Shown: piece after piece, positions 39,241 to 50,704 of the stretch
Numbering within the stretch: the stretch's first letter is position 1
Layout: the number at the start of each line of letters is the position of its first letter
NCBI RefSeq assembly: GCF_041956535.1
Contig: NW_027192204.1
Location: forward strand, 133,069 to 197,068
Reading direction: 5' to 3'
Length of the DNA stretch: 64,000 bases
Origin: Calcarisporiella thermophila CBS 279.70
Lineage: Eukaryota > Fungi > Calcarisporiellomycota
Position numbers and translations under genes: made by a program
The notes under the pieces: model-generated
The model's input: only the letters and a program-made list of their open reading frames with translations
Told to the model about the DNA's origin: nothing
Database searches by the model: none

Positions 39241-41007
39241 TCAGCAGTCAGACGTCCGTTTGTGATGGTGTTTTCCCTTGCAGTGCCCGCCATGTTTTCC
39301 GTGGTAGTTGCGGTTTTCAACGATATAAGTATCGGAGTTGATATTAGTGTTTAGAAGGCCGAAGTCGTTTGCCACATCAACATTCCCTACAGAATCGTCG
39401 ATATATTGACGTTTGGCGGAATGATGGTGGTGATGGTGGCCATGTGAATTATAGTTTCGGTTTTGCACATCAGTCGTGTCCGAGTTGATGTTTGTGTTCA
39501 GAATTGAAAACTCATTGGCGACGTCGACATTGCTCACAGAATCATCAATGAAGCCACGCTTATCTTTCCAATGAACAATACTGTTGTCATAATCACCATG
39601 AGCATGAGTGTTGGCATTGCGGTTCTCAGAAATACTGACATCTGAATTTTGAGTGGAATCAAATAGAGATATATGGCTAAGAATGTCGGCATTGTTGAGA
39701 GAACCGTCAAGAAGACCGCGTTTGTGATGTCCGTGTGATTTACTGTTCATATTGCGATTGTGCACTTTGGTCGAGTCGGAGTTGATGTTTGAGTTCAGGA
39801 TTGAGAACTCATTCGCTACGTCCACGTTACTGATAGAATCGTCAACAAAACCACGTTTGTCTGTCGCACGATGATGGTGATGGTGGTGCCCATGCTTAGT
39901 GTTGAAGTTGCGGTTTTGCACATCAGTTGTGTCCGAATTAATATTAGTATTCAGCAAGGATAGCTCGTTGGCAACGTCGACATTGCTAACCGAATCATCA
40001 ATAAAGCCGCGCTTATCTCTCCAATGGATTATGGTGTTATCGTAATCACCACGGGCGCGAGTATTAGCGTTGCGATTTTCAAACGACTCTATTTCAGAGT
40101 TAAAGTTGGTGTTAAAGAAAGAAAGGTGGTCGAAAATGTCAGCATTATTGCCTGAGTTGCTGAACCACCCACGCTTGTTGGCCGCTGAGTGATGGTGATG
40201 ATGGCCGTGAGATTTGCCGTTGATGTTTCGATTCTCCACATTTGTCGTATCCGAATTGATATTCGTATTCAAAGCCGATATTTCGTTAGCAATATCGACA
40301 TTGCTAACCGAATCATCGATAAAGCCTCGTTTGGTGGCCGCTAAGTGATGGTGGTGCCCGTGCGGTTTAGAGTTGAAGTTGCGGTTTCGTACATCGGTGG
40401 TGTCCGAATTAATGTTTGTATTTAGAACATCGATATCGTTGAGAACGTCGACATTGTCAATAGAGTCGTCATAATACCCCCGTTTGTTGGCTGCAGAGTG
40501 ATGGTGATGTCCATGGGATTTAGAGTTAGAGTTGCGGTTTCGAACCTCCGTAGTGTCTGAATTGATGTTCGTGTCTAGGACATCGATATCGTTGAGAACG
40601 TCGACATTGTCGATAGAACCATCGTAATACCCTCTCTTGTTGGCTGCAGAGTGATGATGATGCCCGTGCGATTTAGAGTTGTAGTTTCGATTTCGCACGT
40701 CGGTTGTGTCCGAGTTGATGTTCGTGTTTAGAACATCAATATCGTTGAGGACGTCGACATTGTCAATAGAGTCGTCATAATATCCCCGTTTATTGGCTGG
40801 CGAATGATGGTGATGTCCGTGTGATTTGTAGTTGCGGTTTCGAATGTCAGTTGTGTCAGAATTTATGTTTGTATCCAAGACGTCGATATCATTGAGAACA
40901 TCGACATTGTCGATAGAATCATCGTAATAGCCTCGCTTGGAGGGTGCCGCCTGCGCTATACTGGCCAGAGCAATAACTACTGATAGAGAGATTATGTATG
41001 GCTTCAT
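39241..41007 (-). CDS. Secreted Kex2-processed repeat protein: 11 ~50-aa Asn/Asp-rich peptides, 9 His-tailed
   Basis: Intronless 588 aa; signal peptide MKPYIISLSVVIALASIAQA; 12 KR sites delimit 11 homologous units. Confidence 0.9.
   Translation of the reverse strand: MKPYIISLSVVIALASIAQAAPSKRGYYDDSIDNVDVLNDIDVLDTNINSDTTDIRNRNYKSHGHHHHSPANKRGYYDDSIDNVDVLNDIDVLNTNINSDTTDVRNRNYNSKSHGHHHHSAANKRGYYDGSIDNVDVLNDIDVLDTNINSDTTEVRNRNSNSKSHGHHHHSAANKRGYYDDSIDNVDVLNDIDVLNTNINSDTTDVRNRNFNSKPHGHHHHLAATKRGFIDDSVSNVDIANEISALNTNINSDTTNVENRNINGKSHGHHHHHSAANKRGWFSNSGNNADIFDHLSFFNTNFNSEIESFENRNANTRARGDYDNTIIHWRDKRGFIDDSVSNVDVANELSLLNTNINSDTTDVQNRNFNTKHGHHHHHHRATDKRGFVDDSISNVDVANEFSILNSNINSDSTKVHNRNMNSKSHGHHKRGLLDGSLNNADILSHISLFDSTQNSDVSISENRNANTHAHGDYDNSIVHWKDKRGFIDDSVSNVDVANEFSILNTNINSDTTDVQNRNYNSHGHHHHHHSAKRQYIDDSVGNVDVANDFGLLNTNINSDTYIVENRNYHGKHGGHCKGKHHHKRTSDC
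39256..40932 (-). repeat. Coding tandem repeat, 11 units of 135-162 bp
   Basis: Unit consensus GxxDDSxxNVDxxNxxxxLNTNINSDTTxVxNRN..HGHHHH..KR. Confidence 0.95.
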
Positions 41008-41115
41008 TTTTAAAATTGTCTCAAGTGATAAAAAAATTTGAAAAAATGCTTTAATGGATCAGGTGTATATATATTGAAATCTTATAACCATGGGTCTGGA
41101 AAATGGCAAGGGGAT

Positions 41116-41322
41116 TTCTAGGGACAGTTATTTTGCGAAAAAAACAAATAATTCCGGGGAGTACCCACCTTGCGATAAACAAACAAGTTGTTTCCTGGGA
41201 GGATCTTCCTTGCAAACACAGTTTCAATTTTCCAGGGAGGATTCCCAATGTTAAAAAAACAAATATATTTTCCCTTGGATGTTTGTCAGTCTTGTCATAT
41301 TTGGTGATCGTGTTCCTCGGGG
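41116..41322. promoter_or_regulatory. Degenerate ~36-43 bp periodic motif array upstream of the repeat-protein gene
   Basis: TTCYnGGGR at 41116, 41152, 41192 and 41230, with weaker copies at 41270 and 41313. The units share TTGC and AAACA elements. Confidence 0.5.
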
Positions 41323-41614
41323 TATTTTCGACCTTCCCATTTATATCACTGCTCCCCCTTGCCCTTTTGTGATCTTAAATTTTTTTCATTAATAGTGATC
41401 TCAGGGTTGTTATCTGTCACCTTTTTTGGGCAATCGAATATCTTGTGAAATTGAAGGAGAAAAATACGACAAAATATATTCTGATGACGGATGATAAATA
41501 TATGGTAATGTAGAATTTATTTTTTTTTTTCCACTTGCGAGGAAAAGGGTGTATCTAGCATTCCACAAAGAAAAGAGAGGGAGAAAGTCCTAGTGGTAGA
41601 GTATCGCGTATAAA

Positions 41615-42320
<706 letters not shown>

Positions 42321-42468
42321 GGCTATTACAAGGAAATGGTTCAGACAAAAGACGTTTCAATAATATAGTTTAAAATAAAATTCGGTAAACAGTCGGATTT
42401 TAGAATGGAGGTTGTTGCTTTTTGTCGTTTAAATTACAATCGATCCATCGATAATATTGATGAATCAC

Positions 42469-42509
42469 CATCCATTCATCCATTCATCCGTTCATCCATT
42501 CATCTATTA
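42469..42509 (+). repeat. Short 8-bp-period repeat (CATCCATT-like)
   Basis: catccattcatccattcatccgttcatccattcatctatt in the EGD2/ROT2 divergent intergenic region. Confidence 0.6.
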
Positions 42510-42827
42510 TTCATCCAACACTTACTCGGCTTCCTTCTGCACAAGCGTCAAAAATATAAAAAAGTAATTGAGAGCGGAAGAGGGGGAACAATTTTCTTGC
42601 TCGTGGTCGCGCTCATAGTGTCCAAACTTCCCTTCGCCTCGAATCAATGACGTCAACAATTTGGAAGCGACTGTGAATTTATAGCCGAGAAAAAATGAAA
42701 TCTAGGAATCGGCCGTAGAAATTACTTCTCTAGTATCTCTTTTTAGTTTATATTGTTCCAAAGAAAACGCGTCGCATCCGGCTCTCTCATTTAAGTTGTT
42801 CATCTAGTCGTATTTCGATTACGATCC

Positions 42828-45800
42828 ATGAGCATGCTACACTCTTGGATTTTTGCCCTGTTTCTTTTCTTAACTTTTGTTACAGCGGTGAAACGTGAAG
42901 ATTTCAAAACTTGTGAGCAGTCGTCTTTCTGCCGGCGAAATCGTGCATACGCAGACTTGGCCGCTGAGCGCGAATCTCCTTATGTCGTTGACCCAAAATC
43001 CTTATCGCTGACTGATGGGATTCTTCGTGGAGATGTACGTAATACTCAAACGGATATTCTACTGGAATTCGAGTTACACCTTTTACAAGATCGAACAGCT
43101 CGATTGCGTGTTCAAGAAAAGCAACCACTCAAACCACGCTTTGATGGACTCAAAGATTTCGTACTCGTAAAGCAGCCTTCTCATGCTACCCAAACTCGTC
43201 TGGTGAAGAAGGGAGATAACACAGAGGTTTTATTTGGGGAATCCTTAAAAGTCGTTATTGAAAATGCACCATTCCGGATGCTTTTCTTGGATAAAGATGA
43301 ACCGATTATTAGTTTCAATGATCGTGGGTTCTTTAACTATGAGCATCTACGACACAAAAAGGAAGCACCACCACTAGTGATGCAGCAGGAAGGTGCTGCA
43401 GACACAAATACTGAAAAGGCAGAAGATGATGGCTCGTGGGAAGAAACTTGGAAAGGTAGCACTGATACCAAACCCAATGGTAAGTAATAAAATATATCTG
43501 TTGTCCTATGCGAATATGCAAAACTTTTATTTTCTTAACAGGCCCCTCATCATTTGGTCTGGATATTTCCTTCCTTGGATTTTCGCATGTTTATGGTATA
43601 CCTGAACATGCGACTGGACTTTCACTTAAAGAGACACGGTAAAACTTTGAAATCAAAATTATGCTTTCAATAGACCATGGTTTATATTATTTATTTTAAT
43701 TTTTTTTCATTAGTGGTGGGGAGAATGCATACACTGATCCTTATCGCCTCTGGAATCTCGACGTTTTTGAATATGAAATAGATAATCCTATGGCACTCTA
43801 TGGATCCATCCCCTTCATGATTGCGCACAACAAAGAACGCACAGTTGGACTGTTTTGGATGAATGCAGCAGAAACCTGGATTGATGTAGTTAAATTAAAT
43901 GGAGAGGTATGACTGTGATAAGTTTTCGTGCTCAAATTGCTTTGTTATTTAATATATTTACTTTAGAACTTGCTCTCCAAGCTGCCGTTCCTCTCCAAAA
44001 ATCAAAAATCTGCTACTCAAACCCACTGGATTTCTGAATCCGGTGTGCTGGATGCATTCGTTTTTCTGGGGCCAAATCCTCAGGACATCTTCCGTCAATA
44101 CACTTCACTTACCGGAACAACCATAATGCCACAGCTCTTCTCAATTGCTTATCACCAATGTCGCTGGAATTACATCAATCAGGACGACGTGCTTGAAGTT
44201 GATGCTGGCTTTGATAAGCATGATATTCCTTATGATGTTATCTGGCTAGATATTGAACATACTGATGGAAAGCGCTATTTTACCTGGGATGCCGCTAAAT
44301 TCCCAGACCCCGTAGCTATGCAGAATCATCTCGGAGGCAAAGGCCGTAAGGTGATTAAAATCTGTTTGTTATTTTGGTATTCCACACTTTATTTATTTTG
44401 GATTTCCTTATTTAGCTGGTGACAATTGTGGATCCACATATCAAAAAAGATGAAAACTATTTTATCTCAAAGGAGGCAGCTGAGCTAAATTTGTTCGTGA
44501 AAGAGGCCGATGGAAAGAAGGATTTCGAGGGGTGGTGTTGGCCCGGCCAATCACAATGGGTCGATTACTCCAACCCTAAGGCGAGAGAATGGTGGAGCTC
44601 GAAGTTCAAGTTCGACCAATACAAGGTATGTTATGGGATCGGGAGGTAGTTGAAGGCTTTATTTTTTACACCATTTACCTGGTTTCTAGGGAACAACTGA
44701 ATATTGCTTCATCTGGAATGATATGAATGAGCCGTCAGTTTTCAATGGCCCGGAGATTTCTATGCCTAAGAATTTGATTCATCACAACGGATGGGAGCAT
44801 CGTGATTTACACAACGTTTTTGGCACTTTCTATGTATACATCCAATTCTCAAAAAGCCAAATATTCGCTCGATAGCTTTTTAACATCTACTTATCAATAG
44901 CATGCAGCGACTGCCGATGGATTGATGAATAGAACATCCGTGCCCAAGCGCCCATTTGTTCTTTCACGAGCCTTCTTTGCGGGATCGCAACGCTTTGGTG
45001 CTATCTGGACGGGCGATAACATGGCAACCTGGGAACATCTTAAAGCTTCAACACCGATGATCCTTACCAATGGAATTACCGGTCTTCCTTTCTCCGGCGC
45101 AGATGTAGGAGGCTTTTTCGGCAATCCCGAGTCTGAGCTGCTCGTCCGCTGGTACCAAGCTGGCGCTTTCCAACCATTCTTCCGTGCACATGCTCACATT
45201 GATACGAAACGGCGCGAGCCCTGGCTTATTGGTGATCCTTACACTGGATATATTCGTGACGTGGTGAGAGAGCGATATGCTCTACTCCCATTCTGGTACA
45301 CTCTGTTCCGCAGAGCCAACACGCATGGAACCCCTGTGGTGAAGCCTATGTTTGTAGTCTTCCCGCAAGATGAGCCTGGGTTTGCAATAGACGACCAGTA
45401 TATGGTCGGCGACGCAATTCTGGTAAAACCAGTGACGGACCCTGGAAAAGAGGATGTGAAAGTTTACTTCCCCGCTGGCGAAGAGGTAAGTTGGTCGAGC
45501 TTGTGAACGCATCAGAAGAGTGATTAAAAACATATCCAATTTGTTAGCGGTGGTACAATTACTACACCCACGAAAAATTCGAAGGACATGGAGAGCATAC
45601 TGTATCTGCACCTCTGCACCAAATCCCCGTCTTCTACCGTGGTGGACATATCGTCCCTCGTAGAGAACGTCACCGGCGGTCCTCAACTGCAATGCGTCTT
45701 GACCCGTTCACTTTAGTGGTTGCACTTGATGCACATGGAAAAGCGTCCGGTTCTCTCTACCTTGATGATGGCGAGACCTTTGACTTTGAACGTGGCGACT

Positions 45801-46081
45801 TCTTGGATCGAGAATTCGTCTTCATCAACAACAAACTCTCAGCACGAGCTTCCCCCAAGGAAGTGCTATCGAAGAGTCAGAGTGCAAGTGTGGATGCTCT
45901 GAAGAAAGTTCGGGTAGAGCGTGTAGTGGTTTTAGGCATGGAAAAGGTCCCAGTGCGTATAGTTCTCAAGGAGAAAGGCGCAGAGCGGGTAGTGGCCTTT
46001 GAAAATGCTGCTGGACGGCTTATATTGCGGGATCCAGGGTGCTTGATTGGAAATGACTGGGATTTAGAGTTCGTATTTTAA
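42828..46081 (+). CDS. ROT2: ER glucosidase II alpha subunit (GH31), multi-exon
   Basis: Signal peptide; [14 protein letters not shown]; YHQCRWNY; WLDIEH; [14 protein letters not shown] nucleophile; WTGDN. Confidence 0.95.
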
Positions 46082-47339
46082 AGGATAAAGTCTATTAGTA
46101 AAAAATGAATTTAATTTGACATTAAACCTTGTTTATTTCGAAAATACACCCACTTTTCACATCTATACCTCTGGAGTGAACTCTTAATATGATTGGAGAT
46201 AAAAGGGGCTAACACATAAAGGAGTATTCGACCTTGGTATAACCCTATGATTATCGATACAATCACAGTCCTTCGATGGATTGTCGCTCAATAAGAACTT
46301 CACAAATTATAATTAAGCCCATAGAAATTCTAACCATTCAACAACTGTATTCAAAAAGATTCAACTCCTCTACCTGGACATGTATTATTAGACCAAAGCT
46401 TTGCAATTGGTAGTAAATAAGAAAATTACACAATTGTTAATCCTATGCCATATTCCATGTAACAACAGCTCCCTTCTCTTTCCAATTGAGACGTTTTGCC
46501 CATTGGAAAAGTTCACCTTCGCGTAGACGCTGAAATGTCTATAATTATCTAAACTGAAAATTACAACTCAAAATACGCAAGGATCGTTTCTGAATAATGC
46601 TATAAAAGGAGCAACGAGTAAGAAATATGATATAAGTAATACGAAAATAGACTTAGCCGCCACCTACACTCTTCTCTCACTCTATAATTCCTCACCAATA
46701 TTGAAAAATCAGATTATGACTAACAAGGTTTTTGGATTTCAAGTTTACTATTCATCCCAACCTGATATATAATGGATAACTATCAATAGGGGAGCTGATT
46801 AACGACACAGATTGAATTTTGTACAGTTTCATGTACTAATATCTGTCGTTTGACATTGAAAGTCTAATTAAAAGCTAAAATATTAGCTTCATTATATTTT
46901 TGAGAATAGATGGAGTTACAAGATTCTTTAGGATTTCCCTTCGATGCCTATAATTTTCATGCGCATTATCTATTTTCAATAAGAAGAGCCCACAGTTTTA
47001 GCGAAGGGATCATTAGCTAATAGTTTCCATAAATTTACTTTTCTTGCTCATAAACATTTAGATTTCGCAATGCACTAGAACTTGATCATCTTATTTGTAT
47101 GCGTGAATACTACAATCTTAGAACGACAGGCAACGTTATTTTGCATGATAAGGTCACTTTGGAACCTAATATCGGGAGCCGCAATTATTTATATTAATCG
47201 AAGGCTCAGCTTTTAAGCAAAACGCCATTTATGGAATTTTTTAAACTCCTCTTGTTAGGTGTCAAAATGAATAAATGTCTGCCTAAGCAAGAACATTTGC
47301 AATAGAACCATCTCTTTCCGTGTATACCTCATCAATTAG

Positions 47340-48265
47340 ATGGCCACCTCACGCGCTTTTGTCAATCTTGCAGACGTTAATAAAATCGGCTTTGCTATCG
47401 GTAAAAATATGACGTTCACACTGCTTTCTACATCACAAGCTGACATGGCTTTCTTCCACTAGCCAAAGTCATATCAGTTTGTCCCAACCAGAAAGCACGT
47501 GTACCATCTTATCTCCTACATCTTCTTCTATCTCCCGCCTTTCATGCCGAGAGCGCCGCCACCAACCCTAAATCTAAACCTCATCTCGTCAGTTCCGCCC
47601 AATTATGCACGAATCACACTATCGACGATCTTCTTGGTCATCACATTCTTAGTGTGATTAATTTTCCTCGGAAGCAGATCGGAAGGATAATGTCAGATTG
47701 CCTTACCACTGGTGTACAGGATGTCGACGCCGAGCCCGAGATGAAAAGGAACACAACGGTATTTGTTGAACTCTCGCGGAGTAACAACAGTGAAAGCAGT
47801 GGTTATAATACTAAAGTTAGAGAGGATTTAAATGGAATATCTGTTGGAATCCTTGGTCACAAAAAGATTGTAGGTGTGATGGATCGAGACCTGACTTGGG
47901 ATGAGTTTGCTGCCGTGGACATTCGAGTTGGGACTGTGATCAGCCCCGAAGCTGTTAGCATGAATTCCTCAAACAATGAAGATATGGATCAAGACCCATA
48001 CACACGGGTGCTACGCTACCGAGTAGATTTCGGATCCAATTTAGGTACATTGAATACAGGAATAGTTTGGCGAGGGGAGATGAGAGAAGGTGAGGGGGAT
48101 GCGGCCGGGATAGTTGGTAAGCAAGTTTTGGCAGTGGTAAATTTGAACGTGGGTGAGCTGGAAAGTATATTCGGACATGGGGCGAGAGCTGCTATTCTTA
48201 CTGCCGGTGGATTAGATACCGTGCAGCCTGCATTGGCTGTTAAAAATGGATATATTCTTTGTTAG
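47340..48265 (+). CDS. Tandem CsaA/Trbp111-like tRNA-binding OB-fold protein, 2 exons
   Basis: ATG 47340 and intron 47401-47462 join the ORF in frame. Domain 1: SSAQL..DLLG..VINFPRKQIG..SDCLTTG. Domain 2: TWDEFAAVDIRVGTVI..VDFG..IVGKQVLAVVN..QP..VKNG. Confidence 0.75.
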
Positions 48266-48920
48266 AGTTGTAAGAGAAGAGCATATCAGAGTGATTGCTG
48301 ATATCTGAAAGACTATTTAATTTTTATCCCGACATGTACTCCATATTTTTATAAACTAGAATTGAGTCGTCATGTCTTAGGAGACCCTAATTTGTTTTTC
48401 AACTTAAGCACAAGCGCTTAACCGAGACTTTCATTCGCCCAAAAACGCTTTCAGCTTACGCAAAGGCTCACCGGTACGAAATTTAGCGGAGACTAGATTC
48501 AGCGATCATTTATATATTATGGGCAATATGAAAGATGGTTCTTGCGTTGCTTTTAAAAGTTTTCCTGCGCAGACTGCCAAGAGACGCAAAAGATGATGTA
48601 TCATTGGCAGTATGCATAATCCACCACCGTAAAACAAACGCGAGCTCTCAGTGTAATGATTGGCAAACGAATTTATTATTAGAATCCAATCCGGTACCGC
48701 AAAATTTGGTAAGGAGAATTTTCATATAGGTCGATTTGCAAGCTGGTCAATTTCCCAGGTATCCACTTTTTTTATATTTTTAGTTTTCTTCGTTATTATT
48801 TAAGTGTTTTGTGGTGAGTTCTGGAAACCACTCACAGATAATACCAGCTTTTTGTTGGAAGTATTTATTATCGACACGATTAAAAGTGCCTGGCTCACTC
48901 TCGTTTTCGTTTTCTTAACT

Positions 48921-50087
48921 ATGTCACCTCGATTACTTCGGCGTAAGAATGCCGCCATCCAATTCAATGTTATGGTGTGCGGGTTCGAGGGCGTTGGAAA
49001 AACCTCCTTTATACGTACATTCTGTCAAGCACTCAACTTGTCAAGCGACAATTCAGGTGCATCTCGGGAGCAAATCGTCCCACAAGCTAATGAGATGGAT
49101 CCTAATTATATTAGTATGGAGATGGGAAGCGATAATGGAGATGAGGAAAAGAGAGGAAGAGATGGAGAGGAGCATTCTGAGAAAATGGATAAAATAGGCG
49201 GGCTTTCGGAAATTATTCGCGGAATGATGGTGGAGGACTATCCTGAGCCTACCAAGACATTCCAAGTGAACGAATTTGACGTGAATGAAGAGGGAGAGCG
49301 GATACATTTGCGGTTTATAGACACGCCTGGGCTCGTGAACGATTATCGCCTGGACCACCAAATATTGGAACTGGTTCGCTATGTTGAGTCCCAGTTCGAT
49401 ACAACACTAGCTGAGGTAAGCTTTCTAGTATACATACTCCGAGAGTAACACAGGATGATTTAAATATCCGTTATATGAAATCACTAGGAAACGAAAATCC
49501 GCCGTAATCCTAAAGCATTCGATGCGCAGGTGCATGTGTGCCTCTTTCTTATCAATCCACAGAACCGTGGCATTTCTGAGTCCGAAGCTCGCGCCATCAA
49601 TAAACTTGGAAAGCGTGTGAATATTCTCCCCGTAGTTGCCAAGGCTGACACACTTACAATCGCCCAGAGCAACCTCATAAAAAGTTGTATTCGAGAGCAG
49701 GTGTATGAGCTTCCTGTTTTCCGATTCGAGACCAACGCATCTGATGAGGAAGACATAGCGACTGATGAATGGGCCGACCCCGAATTAGAGGAGGAAAATA
49801 GAGAACTGCTGCAACTCTACCCTTTCTCTATAATTTCGGCAGAGAGTGCAACAAACATGGGACGACGCTACGCGTGGGGCTTCGTAAACTGCCTGGATCC
49901 ATCCCACTGTGATTTCACAGTTGTTCGTGCTGTATTGCTTGTTTCTCACCGACAGCTTCTGCGAGATATGACGTATCGAGTCTACTATGAAAGATATAGG
50001 ACCGAAAAACTCCTGGCGCGAAAGGCATCTTTGGAGATGTCAGAGGAGCAGAAGCAAAGGCTTTTAGAAAATCTAAACTCGCTGTAG
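48921..50087 (+). CDS. Septin (divergent, Cdc11/Spn3-like), 2 exons
   Basis: GFEGVGKTS, DTPG, AKAD, GRRYAWG, HCDF and YERYRTEKL. Confidence 0.88.
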
Positions 50088-50704
50088 ACAACGAATCTAT
50101 TCGGTTCAACCATACTTGTTCGTTTTTATTTCAACTATTTCATGACTAATTTATTTTATATACAGTTAGCACAAATTTTCTATCATTAACATTTATTGCT
50201 GTACGACTACTTTTCTTTTTTAAAGTTTGTACATCAATATCTATTATTTAGTGGCGCAGTCTCTTAATGAACACCCTCTTTTTTATTATCTTCTTTTTCC
50301 TCTTCTAGTGATCAGTTTTTCCCCTGACCTCACCAGTTACACTACCATCCGAACCCTCGATCTTGTTAGTATATAATGTGAAAAAAGGGTAAATCAGTTC
50401 TTCTTGTGCACTGTTGACTTTCACTCAATATATGTACAAGATATTAATAATATAAAAATGTCATTTATTCCTGAAGGTCATGACAATTTTAAACTAATCT
50501 CGTGACATTTAAGTACTCTAATCGACACGGTATAGTGTGAATCCTAATACATCATTATCGAAGATTTCTTGGTGATAAAAAGTAAGGGAAGATGAACATG
50601 TCCTCATTTACGTAAGAGCTTATAGTGTCACTGATTTTGTTAGTATCGAATTTTATATCTTCGATCTACATCACTACCTTTTATCACTGGTGATTCAAGC
50701 CGGA

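Noticed and set aside
39256-40932. CRISPR-like periodicity, or a dikaritin RiPP cluster
   Set aside because: The repeats are in-frame coding units with synonymous divergence. No DUF3328, tyrosinase or transporter genes are nearby; the flanks are POP3 and EGD2.
46100-47300. Long intergenic region as a possible TE remnant
   Set aside because: No recognisable TE motifs, LTRs, TIRs or long ORF.
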